This document shows, in pieces, positions 1 through 12,100 of a stretch of 64,000 nt of DNA. Position 1 is the stretch's first letter; each line of letters begins with the position of its first letter. Position numbers and translations under genes: made by a program. Source of the DNA: Phoronis australis (lineage: Eukaryota; Animalia; Phoronida); NCBI GenBank assembly GCA_002633005.1, contig NMRA01000009.1, positions 667,169 through 731,168 on the forward strand, read 5' to 3'. The notes under the pieces were generated by a model. It made no database searches, was not told where the DNA came from, and was given only the letters and a program-made list of their open reading frames with translations.

Positions 1-3000
1 TACTGCTGGTTTTTCACAAGACGGAAACGTACCTCTACGGAAACAGTTCCAGTGTTACCATGGTAACCGATATTGCAGTGTCGGTGCCGTTTTTATTGAC
101 ATTGATCATGAACCTATCATGTGATATCAAAATTGTTCAGAAACGATTCTGTTTGAAGCAGAAACTGGAGTAGAAAATTTGGGCAAAAATGACTCATTCC
201 ACACCCAGAAATTGCCTCATTTTGCCCCCCAGAACACTTCCCTTGTATCTCCTAAACCACCAAACTTTGTGGTGTCATACTTCACCCATTTTCTCTCATC
301 CCTAATGTGATTTATCAGACTAAACACGGATCTGAATGGTTGACCCCCCACCTTGCCGCTTGTTGGCTGTACTGTGGTCGGTGGATCCGTGGACTGATAC
401 TTAACTTTTGTCTAATCTTTTTGCCGGACTGAGAAAATTACCTCTAAATACGTGTGATGGACAGCCGCGGAGAATTTGAATTTTTGAAAAAAAATTTTCT
501 ATGAATTGTAAAGAGTTACAATTTTTGTTTTATATTATTTAGCAGAATGTTTGTGAAGTACATACACTAACTGATATGATGGTATCTTCTGAGAAATTTT
601 TGTCAGACAACTCCATTAATTTGAGTGTGACAGATGCAGAATTTCTAGTATAACACTATTTGTTGTGACTAAGACAGAAATTCAGAATAATTCAAACTTC
701 AGGGTTTAAGCTAGAGTGCTCCTTTGCCATCGATTCGAAATTAAATCAGTGTGTAATGAAATATATACTCCTTTTTTACTCAAAATACACTGATTGCCCT
801 TTTGCATGAAATTATCACTGACCTCAGGCAAGTCTGTAGTGGGTATGTACACTACAATGTTAACTTTTCAAAACATTCGTTTAAAGACATAAAACAACCT
901 CCTAAAATTCTCACTTCTCTTTGAAGACTGTAACCAAAATAACGACTATCATATTGTGTCTGACACCTGGTGCCATTTAGGAAAACTGTTTTGGCAATAA
1001 GTATGTATACAAATTTGAAACTAATGAGTAAACATGGCCATCCTGATTATAAAATAAGAAGTAGAGTTTAAAATATTTACTAATCATTATTGTTAAACAT
1101 GCATTATTTGTTTTTTTTTTTAATTAGGACTCGTCCTAAGCGTGTCTGAGCCATGTTATTGACGGTTTTGATGCACGCCCATATTATAATAAAAGTGATG
1201 TTTTATAAGTATTAGTAACAGGACTTCAGTATCTTCTATATAACAAAATCTTAAGCAGACAATTGGTTCAGCATGGTTCAATTGACAGCATCGACTTTAT
1301 GGCATTCATATTTTGATCCCAGAAGCACTGGCTGTCTTACAGTGTGTGTAAATTACATTAAATTAACGAAGACGATTTAGAAATATGTAGGGGTAATAAA
1401 ATTATCAGATGTTGGTTCCAATTTGTGATTAGCTTTTCATTCAGCTTTTTCATGTCTTCATTACACTTTTAAAAAGGCGTTAAATAAAGTCATGGTGTCT
1501 TTTTTCGGGTTTCAAAAGATGTTTGTTCTTCTTCGACCCACCATTCGTTCATCCCCTGATCTCTAGTTCAATCTCCTCGAAGCTCAGCAAAAAAAAGAAT
1601 GCTTAAAAAGTTTGCAAGAACAAGGTTCTTGTTTTTTTCAGAAATGTAAAATCAAATGTAATCATTAATGCCATTCTATACAAGCCACCCAAAACAGTGG
1701 TGGTGTGACAAAAATATTTGGAGGTCACAGGTTGCTACCTCTTAAAAATGCCCAGCATTGGCTTTTTCAACGCAAAACATAGTCAGAGCAAAAATAACTC
1801 CTTGATACCAGAAGAACAGCAAATTTGACAAGTATTCCATTAGGTCTCTTTTTATTTTATATTTCAGGAAGTCTTTTGTATTGATATTTTTTCTCCTGCA
1901 ATTTTCCAAAAACTAAGGGCGTCTTTAAATACAAAGAATTCAGTAAATTAATGTATTGTTTTATTTACATTCAAAATGAAATACAATCTAATTTTGACAC
2001 ATTGAATTCTTAGTAAGAATGTATTAGGTGACACTGTGTATAACTTTTTTACAAATACTTTTGTATTTAAAAAGTCGCAACACATCCCAGTTTAAAAGCA
2101 TTATAGCAACTTACTTGCTTGATTTTACAACTGTCTTTGAAATATTTGATAGTTCTAGGTTCTTAGGTTTAAAACAACTTTTATATTCTGCAAGTTTGAA
2201 AAGCAAAAGTAAGACCCAAGCATAATTTTATTGGCTGAAAAATTTATTTTCATATGTGTGCCGGACGTACGCGACGGATGTACACATTTTCTGTATGTCT
2301 GTCACGAGATTTCTGACTTAACGAATAAACCCTGAGATCTAAAATTTTGGTCAATAATATTGAGTAAGCAGAATCTCAAATTATTTTAATTTTGATTGAA
2401 AACTTATGACATAACGAAACTTTTTAGCATTTTTTGTGACGGACATATGGCACTTTGATATCCAGGAGTTGGCCTTTGACCCCAACAGGAAGACGATGTG
2501 CCTCAGGTCATATGACAATTTTTAGATAGTTTAGGTTTTGTGTGATTGCACAAATTTGGTAATACAGTGAGATACCCGTAATTAGCTTTTACAAAAATAA
2601 TTAGTAACATGCATAAAAATTTGGGAAATATTTTAGGGACAAGTGGCCTCGAAAATGGGACAAAAATTAAGTAAAAAGTTTTTAGTTTAGTCATATTATC
2701 AAAACAGACCGACTGTATTGTATAAGGTGCTACAACACAACTATTAACACAAGGTTAGCATGGTGTTAAGTGAGTATATTGTGCTACAACACAACTATTA
2801 ACACAAGGTCATTATTGCCTCCAAGTTCGGGACAACATCTGACATTTTTATTGCATTGGTATGTCCTCTTTTGCAAATCCAGAACAGTTAACAGGTGTAC
2901 TTTAGTAAGATAACATGAATATTTAAGTGTAACAACAGTTTCAAGGAGTCGTTCAACAAAATGCCTGTCCAGTGGTTACGATGATTATCACAACAGGTTG

Positions 3001-3005
3001 CTTAC

Positions 3006-3144
3006 CAAAAGCCTGAGGCAAGAGAGAGACAGCAATTTGTTTAATTGGCTGGCCCTTGAGCACACGCAGAAGGTCTGTCTGAAACCGTTTGGTCTGAATG
3101 CGATGAGTGAGAGTGAGCAGTTTCTGATTGCCACAGCCGAGCAC
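3006..3144 (-). CDS. MARF1: MARF1 exon ([46 protein letters not shown])
   Basis: tatccag / TTG|GTAAGC; last exon found in the window; a duplicate acceptor ends at 3193. Confidence 0.92.
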
Positions 3145-6100
3145 CTGGATAGTTAGAGAGATAGAAATGATCAGACAATGCAAAACTGGCGCCTGGATAG
3201 TTAGAGAGATAAAGTTAACAATTAGAAATGATCAGACAATGTAACAGTGGCGCCCAAATGATACAATGTAAACAATTGCATACTAGCACTGCTGATTAAA
3301 CACAATAGCAAATATACAAACAAACAGCGATTGGATGAATTTTAAAATTTTAAGACGCTCATACAGGAATGTGATGCAGAGTCAAATTGTAAGCCAAACA
3401 AGAGCAATGTGGAACATTGAAATGCGCCACGAATGCACCGCTAACGGTGTGCTTCTAGGAGTGTTTATTTGGAACATAAAAATGGCAACTAGATTGCGCA
3501 AAATATGTCAAATCCATCCCAGAACTTGTATGTGTCATCAAAGCTATTTGCCAAATTTCATAAAAATCCGTGAAGGAACTTCTGCGAAAACAGAGGAAAA
3601 TGAAAAAATGAAATTGCCACTAAGAGGCTATAAGCGCAAAAAAATCGTAACTGCCACAAAGAGGTGCCAAAGTAGAAAGTTGTCAGAAAATCATAGTCAG
3701 ACTTCCTCTTCACATTAGGAACATCAATGCCAGTTTCCACAACCATCCTTAGAGTTGGTTGACAGATGGGCAGACGCCAAATAACAAGACTCGAAAACAG
3801 TAAAAATGACCACAAGGTGGCGCAAAATGCCTCGAATTTTACCAAAACCTGAATGATAGCGTCACCTCACTAATAGATGCAGAGCTGCCAAATTTTATGA
3901 AAATCCATTGACGACCCTTTAAGATACAGAGGTAAATGTATATAACTAAAATTGCCACTAGGGGGCACACCAGTAGCCCGATCCGTCCGAAAGTAGTCAT
4001 CCTCTGTTGTAAACTTCATATAAATACACCAGCAAAATTCAATAGAGATCCTGTAGAGAATTTAGGAGATACAGCGATGGGCGCAAAAACAAACAAAACT
4101 GCCACTAGGAGGCACCATAGTAGTCCAAGTCATCGGAAAATCATCATCAGCCGCCCTCTTCCTAGTAGGAACATATATGCCAATTTTCAACATTATCCTT
4201 AGAGCGGTTTGGTTGATAGAACGGCGGATGCCAAAAACAGACTCGAAAATGGCCACTAGGTGGCGCAAAGTACCCTGAATGCATCCGAAAACAGGAAAAT
4301 GGCATCATCTCACTAAGAGATGTCTAACTGCCAAATTTTATGAAAATCCACTGAGGACCTTCAAATCTACAGGTAAGTGTAAAAAAATTAAAATTGCCAC
4401 TAGGTGGAACACCAGTAGTCAGAGAGGTCCGAAATTCGTTGTCATCCGTCGTCAGCTTCATGGGAACACATCTGCCAAATCTCATTGACTGCCACTAGGA
4501 GGCGCCACAGTTGTAAAAGTAATCGGTAAAAAATGGCCACTAGGTGGCGCAAAGTACCTCGAATCCATCTGAAAATGGGAGGATGGCATCATCTCACTAA
4601 TAAATGCCTAACAGCCAAATTTTATGAAAATCCGTTAAGGACCTCCGAAGATACAGAGGTAAGTGTAAAAACTAAAATTGCCACTAGGGGGCACACCAGT
4701 AGTCGGAGAGGTTTAAAAGTCGTTGTCGTCCGACAGAAGCTTCATAGGAACACATCTGCCAAATCTCATCAAGATCCTGTGAGGGGTTTAGGAGATACAG
4801 CTGCGAACGCCGGACGCAAAGACAGAGATGACGGCAATATGCAACCCCATATAAATATGTGGGCGCATAAAAAAGCTTAAAACCACACTGCTCAGTAAGT
4901 CACTGAAAATGATATAGCCAATAGCAACAACATTACAACTATGTGACAAGTAGATATTGGTTTATAATAGTCATTACATACTGCGAACTGAAAATTGATA
5001 TAGCCAATAGCAACAACATCACAACTATGTGACTAGTAGATATTAGTTCATGATAGTTATTACATACTGAGAACTGAAAATTACCTGAAGCACGTGAGGT
5101 AATGCTTCAAATAGTTCAGATAACTTGGTGTAACCATAGTCAGCAACTCGACACTGACGACCGAAATGATGATGGTAGAAAGGAATGAACTTATTGAAGG
5201 TCAAGATAGCTGAGGGGCAACTCTTGAGCATGTCGACGATCTCACGACTGAACTGAGTCAGATGGTAGCTCATAATAGGACTGGGACAGTTACGCAACAT
5301 GTCTGTGGAACAAAACAGGTATTAGATTCCAGAAGTTATCTTGAAACTGCAAATAACGTTTTCCAAATCATGGCAAACTTTGCATTGTCTTTGACTGCCG
5401 TTTCTGAGATATTATTAAGGGCTGTACCATTAAAATCTGTATGGGAGGGGGGGGGAAGGCACCTTTTTTTCGCACCCACCACCCATATTTTTCATTTATT
5501 TCTTCAGCCTACCACCCGTAATTTTTCTTTGTTCTTGTGGTTGACTGCACAGGCGCTTGAGTTTATCTGTTCCTCCATCACCACTAACGTCATTCATTAT
5601 TAAAAAAACATATGTTTCTTGGTTATTAGCCATCGAGAAATTCGAGCACCTGTGGTTAACTGGTGTTATGGGCATGCCGATGAGGAGATCGGAGGGAGTG
5701 AAAAAGTCGGAGCTTTTTGCAAGTTGCATTTTGTTTCACTTTTTGATTCTGTGCGGATTATTTATAAAACTTACTAAAATTACGCACCATCAAACATGGC
5801 CCAATGAAATAACAACAACCTGTAAATTTTTATTTTTTTGAAGTACGACCACCAGATATTTTGAATTTAAATCAAACGCAACCACCCATAAATTTTTATT
5901 TCAGTTGCCTTCCCCCCCCTCCCACACAGATTTTGCTGGAACAGCCCTAAGGTATTTTGACAAATTAAGTTGTAAAACTTAATATAAATATTGTCACAAC
6001 CTGTCAGCTGCAAGTTGATGATACCCCATGTAGATGACACAACTTGATGTTTTCTCCAAATAACAACAAGTCAACTCTTTCTGGTAAATATATTCAAAGG

Positions 6101-9100
6101 ACCATAGTTTATCAAACTATAATAACTTATCAAATATCCAACAAAGGTGATACCACGTACTTCAGGTACATAAGTTCAGTTATCAAATATCCAACTAAGT
6201 TAATATGATGGACTTCAGTTACACAAGTCCAGTTACCAAATATCCAACTATTAAAGTAATACGATGCACTTCAAGTACACAAATACAGTTACCAAATATT
6301 CAACTAAGGTAATACGATGGGCTTCAGGTACTTAAGTCCAGTTACCAAATATCCAACTAAGGTAATACCATGGACTTCAGTTACACAAGTCCAGTTACCA
6401 AATACCCAACTAAGGTAATATGATGGACTTCAGGTACACAAGTCCCTTTACCAAATATCCAACTATTAAAGTAATACGATGGACTTCAAGTACACAAGTA
6501 CAGTTACCAAATACCCAACTAAGGTAATATGATGGGCTTCAGGTACACAAGTCCATTTACCAAATCCCTACCAACAGATGGTGTCCTCTTCTCAGACAGC
6601 TTTACTTTCTTAACACCCCCATGCGAGAGCTCTATGTTGACTCCTGGGATACAGCTGAGAAGATGTTCAAGAGAGACACTCCCTTCATTTGTCTCTTGTA
6701 AGGCTGGGAACTCAACAGCATAACAACATGGGAAGCTGAAAGACATAGGATACAGTGCATAAGGAGATGGCAAAAATGAGAGAAGTTAGTCTTACTAGGA
6801 CACATTTAGTTAGTTGAGGATAACGTTTCAAGCCTGCAGGTCACGCCCTTGATCACATGACTGTTCTTCCCATCGTTGTGGAACAGGAAGTAAAACTTAA
6901 TCGTAAATAGGAAGAAGTCAAAGAACCTGGTCACCACTGAGTAAGTAACTCCTCTCGTTTTTTCCACCATCACAAGAGACAGCGATGAACACTCATCCAT
7001 TAACCAAATAAGGAGATGATATGCAAACTCACTAATAACAGTACTCATAAAAACAACTTTGGACAGCACTGCTGTACACATCGTATACGCACATTTCAGT
7101 GCTAAATTTCAACAAGCAGGTAATGCCCTTGATTCCAGTACGCAAGAAGGAAATAAGGGCTTTTGTAATTAAGCTATCAAATGTTACAGAATGAATGTCA
7201 GACAATTATCCTTTGGATAGGCCAGGCTTGAAGACACGAGTTGTTTGCTGCACAGTTCAAATTATAAATTCTGCGTGAAGGCTCTACAAGGGCAACTCTC
7301 ATGGAGACTCCTCCTTCTGAACCACATAAACACAATTTGAATTTGTTTCTCATGACAGATGCTTGATTGAATTGCTAATTGTTTAGTCACAACTAAAAAC
7401 AACACTGGAAGAAACAAACATTAATTAATGTTAAAAGCTTTGAACCATCATGGCTCAGTTTGTCAGCAAATTTTGCTGATAAACTTAAAACTGCAGCAAA
7501 TATACCTCATTAAAGGCATTGAGCCATCATGACCCAGAAGTAAAGTGTGAACTTGAGCGGCCAGTTGGCGCAACGGTATGACCACATTGGGTAACAAGGT
7601 CATCTCCATGGAAACCACATAGTTCTCACTTCCTTCAGGACAATGCAGACTGCACACTGGGGACTCAATGATGCTGGGTGCCTACAATAATTTCTTCAAG
7701 ATTACTTTACGTATTTTAATTGTGTATTTTATCAAAATGAGATCTTATAAGACATATGATAAAGCATGTGTGTTAAACAGGGATCTGGATTTTTCCACCA
7801 ACATCCCAAAAGCTCACAACATCAAAAGGAATCTTTCTCAAGCAAATATTGATATTTTGAAAGAACAGAATGATCAATTCACATATTCTGTTACTTCCAG
7901 CTAACAAAAATTTGTCATCTGGTTGCTTTGGTCAAATCAACACCAAGAACACATTTCACCAATAAAGCCATCAACCAATTTACCAACCTCAAAATCTGAA
8001 CAGAGCTGTGGTACAGGACTCCGCTTGCCAGCAGTTGTCAAGGTAACCATTCGCCCACTTCCTGCCTGCTCATGAATGTCTACAATGTCTCTCATCTTGT
8101 ATAACTCAGACACGCTGATGTTCCTGTGGTACCTGAAATGAGTATAATTAATCAGAAATATTTCTTAATAGGAGTACTGTAGTAGATCCTAGTTTTAATC
8201 TTTGGAAGACAGGTACAGATATCACCCCTATATTGCCATTGCAAAGATTTTCACAGCTTTTGGGAATTTTGTTGCAAACAATTATAAAAGGACTGAGGTA
8301 AATTACAGATTTAAGTGTCTTTACACGCTCAAAAGAGGCATGATGTCTTATAATTTTGGTATGCCAATATTAATGTTGTGTTTACATCAACTCTACCAGG
8401 TTATTACTTCACCAGAGTTACAACTGTTCACTGTTACTGTTCACACCAACAAATACAAGTGTTAATCATGAGTCACTGGGGGACATTGGCATTGAAGTGG
8501 TTTCAAACATACATATAAATATGTGGGCACATAAAAATCCGTTCAGGAACTCCAAAAATACAGAGGAAAATATGAAAAAATAAAATTGCCATTAGGGGGC
8601 ACAACAGTAGTCAGATACGTCTGAAAGTAGTCATCTGTTGTCAAGTTCATAGCCAACTTTCACAAAAATTATGCGGGACTTCAGGAGAAACTGCTGCGGG
8701 CACACAGCAGTTATGAGATCCATCCAAAAGTAGTCACTCATTGACATTTTCATAAAAAACACCAAATTTAATAAAGATTCTGTAGAGGGTTTAGGAGATA
8801 CAGCCAGAAACAAAAAAATCTAGCACAAGGGGAGCCACAGTAGACGGAGCCGTCCCAAATGACAGTCAGCTGTGCTCTTTGCAGTCAGCTGTGCTCTTTG
8901 CAGTCAGCTGTGCTCTTTGCAGTTAGAATTCAAATGCCTAATTTCCATTATGTTTCATTACATTGCTAAGAACACAATAACACACCTAAATGCTAAACGC
9001 TGCAGAACGATCAAAAACTTAAATTCAAAACTCCTTATTTGGATAGTGTCAATGTTGTGTACTGATGACTGAATTTTATGTCAGTGCAACTATCTGCAGA

Positions 9101-12100
9101 CTCTGCCAGTGCATTGAGGAACACAGAACCCATGACAACATCCCGGTCTCTTACATGACACTACACACACCATGACAACAGCCTGTTCTCTGACATGACA
9201 TTACAACACACCATGACAACAGCCTGTTCTCTGACATGACATTACAACACACCATGACAACAGCCTGTTCTCTGACATGACATTACAACACACCATGACA
9301 TTGATTTTGATAATGCATGTATATAGCAACAATAGACATCACACTCTGCATATTAAACAAATCCTGCACATCCTGGATTCTAAATGGTTCCTCTCATTGA
9401 ATAACAATAAGTACTTCCACCAAGTTACAACTCTGGCCCTAACTCCTGCTGATTATCTGTTGTTCCCTTTTCATTTTGTAACAGTTACTTTAGAGTTAGA
9501 TCAATCTGCAGTGTTTGCATTTTAAATGTGTGATTTTCACTGATGATGTTCTTTAATGAAACATGTGGACCTTGTATATAGCATGGTAAATATCATAGTG
9601 TTTGCCGAGTTACTCGCTTTCTTATCCATTCAGGGTTTTTGGAGATACAGCAGTAGATGCTGGCCGAATGTCGAAGGAACATACTGTATCCACATATAGT
9701 GCATGCATATACGTAAATGTGGCCACAAAGTTAACTGTACCTTTTCTCAAACAGCTCAATAAACTTAAACAGAGGTAATGAGTTGTCTGCCACATTTCTT
9801 AACAAAGCCACTACTGCGTATCTGTAACAAATGGATAAAACACATGAATCCTAAAAGATGGTAACAGGGGTTGAAGCTATTCAATGATTCTGCTCATCAA
9901 ACCTGGGGCACATTGAGTCAGTAAAGTCTATTACAAGCATGTGCATGCTCAGTGTTTCCTATCATATGATTACGATCTAGTGCCAGTTATAGTAAGACTG
10001 ACTTATCAAAAATTGTTGAGACGTTACAACGGACAACCACAATGTATTATATGCCAAAACTAATCACAGAAAACTGTTACTTTGTCATGGCGAGCAATAC
10101 GTCTCATCATGAACTGAACTTGCACTAACTGACATAACTATACCCATGTCCAGGTCATTTTTTCTGAATAATTTTGGCATACACTGTATTCTCTTTATTC
10201 GCACGTCTCACTAAACACACCTCTGAAAGAGTAGCACACCTACCACACAGTGTACTATCAACATGCCTTCATACCTGGTATTGGTGGCAGCGCACTTAGG
10301 ATCAGTTGGCTTGAGAGCAACGTGAATTCGTTTGTAGCCTATCTTCTTGCGGTGCAACTGTGAGATAGCGAATCTAGCCTCGTCTACACTAGGCACTGTC
10401 ACAAAAGCAATGGACGTGTTGTCTGGTTGGGGCTGAACATTGATTGAAAGGATCTAAAAGTGAAGACAGGTGGAAACTGATGTATGGAAGGTTTGGCCAT
10501 TGACAACTAAGCACTGAAACATGGCTATGTGTGTGTATTTAACCAATTATCTTCATTAAAGCTTTACACTTTCTGAATGCATGAAGCTTGTACAAGTTGA
10601 TGTTTGACTTTTTATCAATCTGCCATTAACTCGGTCACGTGTAAAACATTAAAATTTAGCAAAAAAGGATAGTACATCGACAGCAAAGCAATATTATCAA
10701 TATCACCTAATACAGCCCCTCATATGTAAGTATAACAGTTTCATAAGAATCACATCTCCATCTCTCAGATATGATGTTCCACAGATGGACACATTTATCT
10801 AAGGTCCTACATGACCTTAGATACCAACGGTCAAGGTGTGATTATGAAGAGTAGCAATGAAGTGAATCTCTAATGACCTATACGCATTTAATCTCTAATG
10901 ACCTATACACATTTCTTTATACATTTCTAGAATAAGTACTGGGATTCTAATTATTTTACTATAAAAAGTTATCTGTTAGCAGTCTGAACCATACAGAAAA
11001 ACTTGTCTTAAAGTCACACTGGTCCGTTCCAACTACCTGCACTTGTTGCTGAAAGGTGCTTTGAATGATTTTCTTCCACTCTCGCCCACTGATGTTGTAG
11101 TCCAAGTTGGAGACGATCAGCTCCACCCCAAACAAGGGGACGACCAGGCCAGGTTCACACACCTCGTACATGGACGAAGTATCTATGGGTCGGAAGAACG
11201 ACTCGCTGGCAAAGCTCCTGTTGAGGTTCTGACGGTAGCGTGAATAATGACCATCCCCCCACCTACGGGACTGATACTCGGGCCCTGTGGAGTGGCACCG
11301 GTGTGGTGCTATATCCGAAAATACAGGACTATCCCTCATGGATGGACAGCTACATACAGATGCAGACTCCCAGCTGTCTTGACTGTCAGTACTCTTGGCA
11401 CGTTTCTCTTGTTCCTCTTGGTAGAGTTGCTGTTGCAGGAACAACACGTCACGGCTCGGCTTGCAATCTTTGGACAACTTGTCTACACAACTTTGTGCAT
11501 TAACTTTACAAGATGCAGACTGAGGGCTAGGAAACAGCTTGAAACTGGGAGAGTTACCAGAGTGGGAAATAATAGGACCATAACGACTCCCATCAGAGTG
11601 CTTTCTGGGAAGAACCTTCAATTGAGGAGAGATGTTGCAGGGTTTTCTTCCATCACCACCAGGGCTGAACCGTCGGCGACACTGGAAATCCTTTGTGCTG
11701 CTATTGATGTTCTTGTCATCCCTTCCATTTGAAATCTTCTTGTTGTAGGGATACTGACAGCCACGTGACATGTGTTCAGGCTTAGGTGAACTATGACCTT
11801 TGGGCGATGACGAGGGGCTGGGATTCATGGTCAGTTTACTTGTGAGAGGAGGATTAGTATTCAGTTGTACAGTCTGTTGACAGCTTTTCTCTGGCTTGAC
11901 TTTCATAACTGTAAACAAACCAAGTTTTATATTAACCTACGAGAGCATAAAACTGTACACTTGTCCCGAGCAAGTATTTCTCATTTGATAAAAATGTAAA
12001 CTTTAACATAATTAGTTACAAAATATATAATTATCAAACTCTTCACAGGATATCCAAATTCAATACTAAATAGCTCCACGTGGAGCACGGGCATTAAACT

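Noticed and set aside
1-3005. Further MARF1 exons
   Set aside because: No segment translated to the expected next LOTUS sequence. The region looks intronic or repeat-derived, though a short exon could have been missed by eye.
3335-4880. Short ORFs sharing KMATRWRK / KIATRGH motifs (also at 32-33 kb and 57-58 kb)
   Set aside because: Translations of the internal subrepeat of a non-coding HINE-like element, with frequent stops and frameshifts.
11043-11732. Plus-strand ORFs of 66-161 aa
   Set aside because: Antisense shadows of the large MARF1 coding exon.
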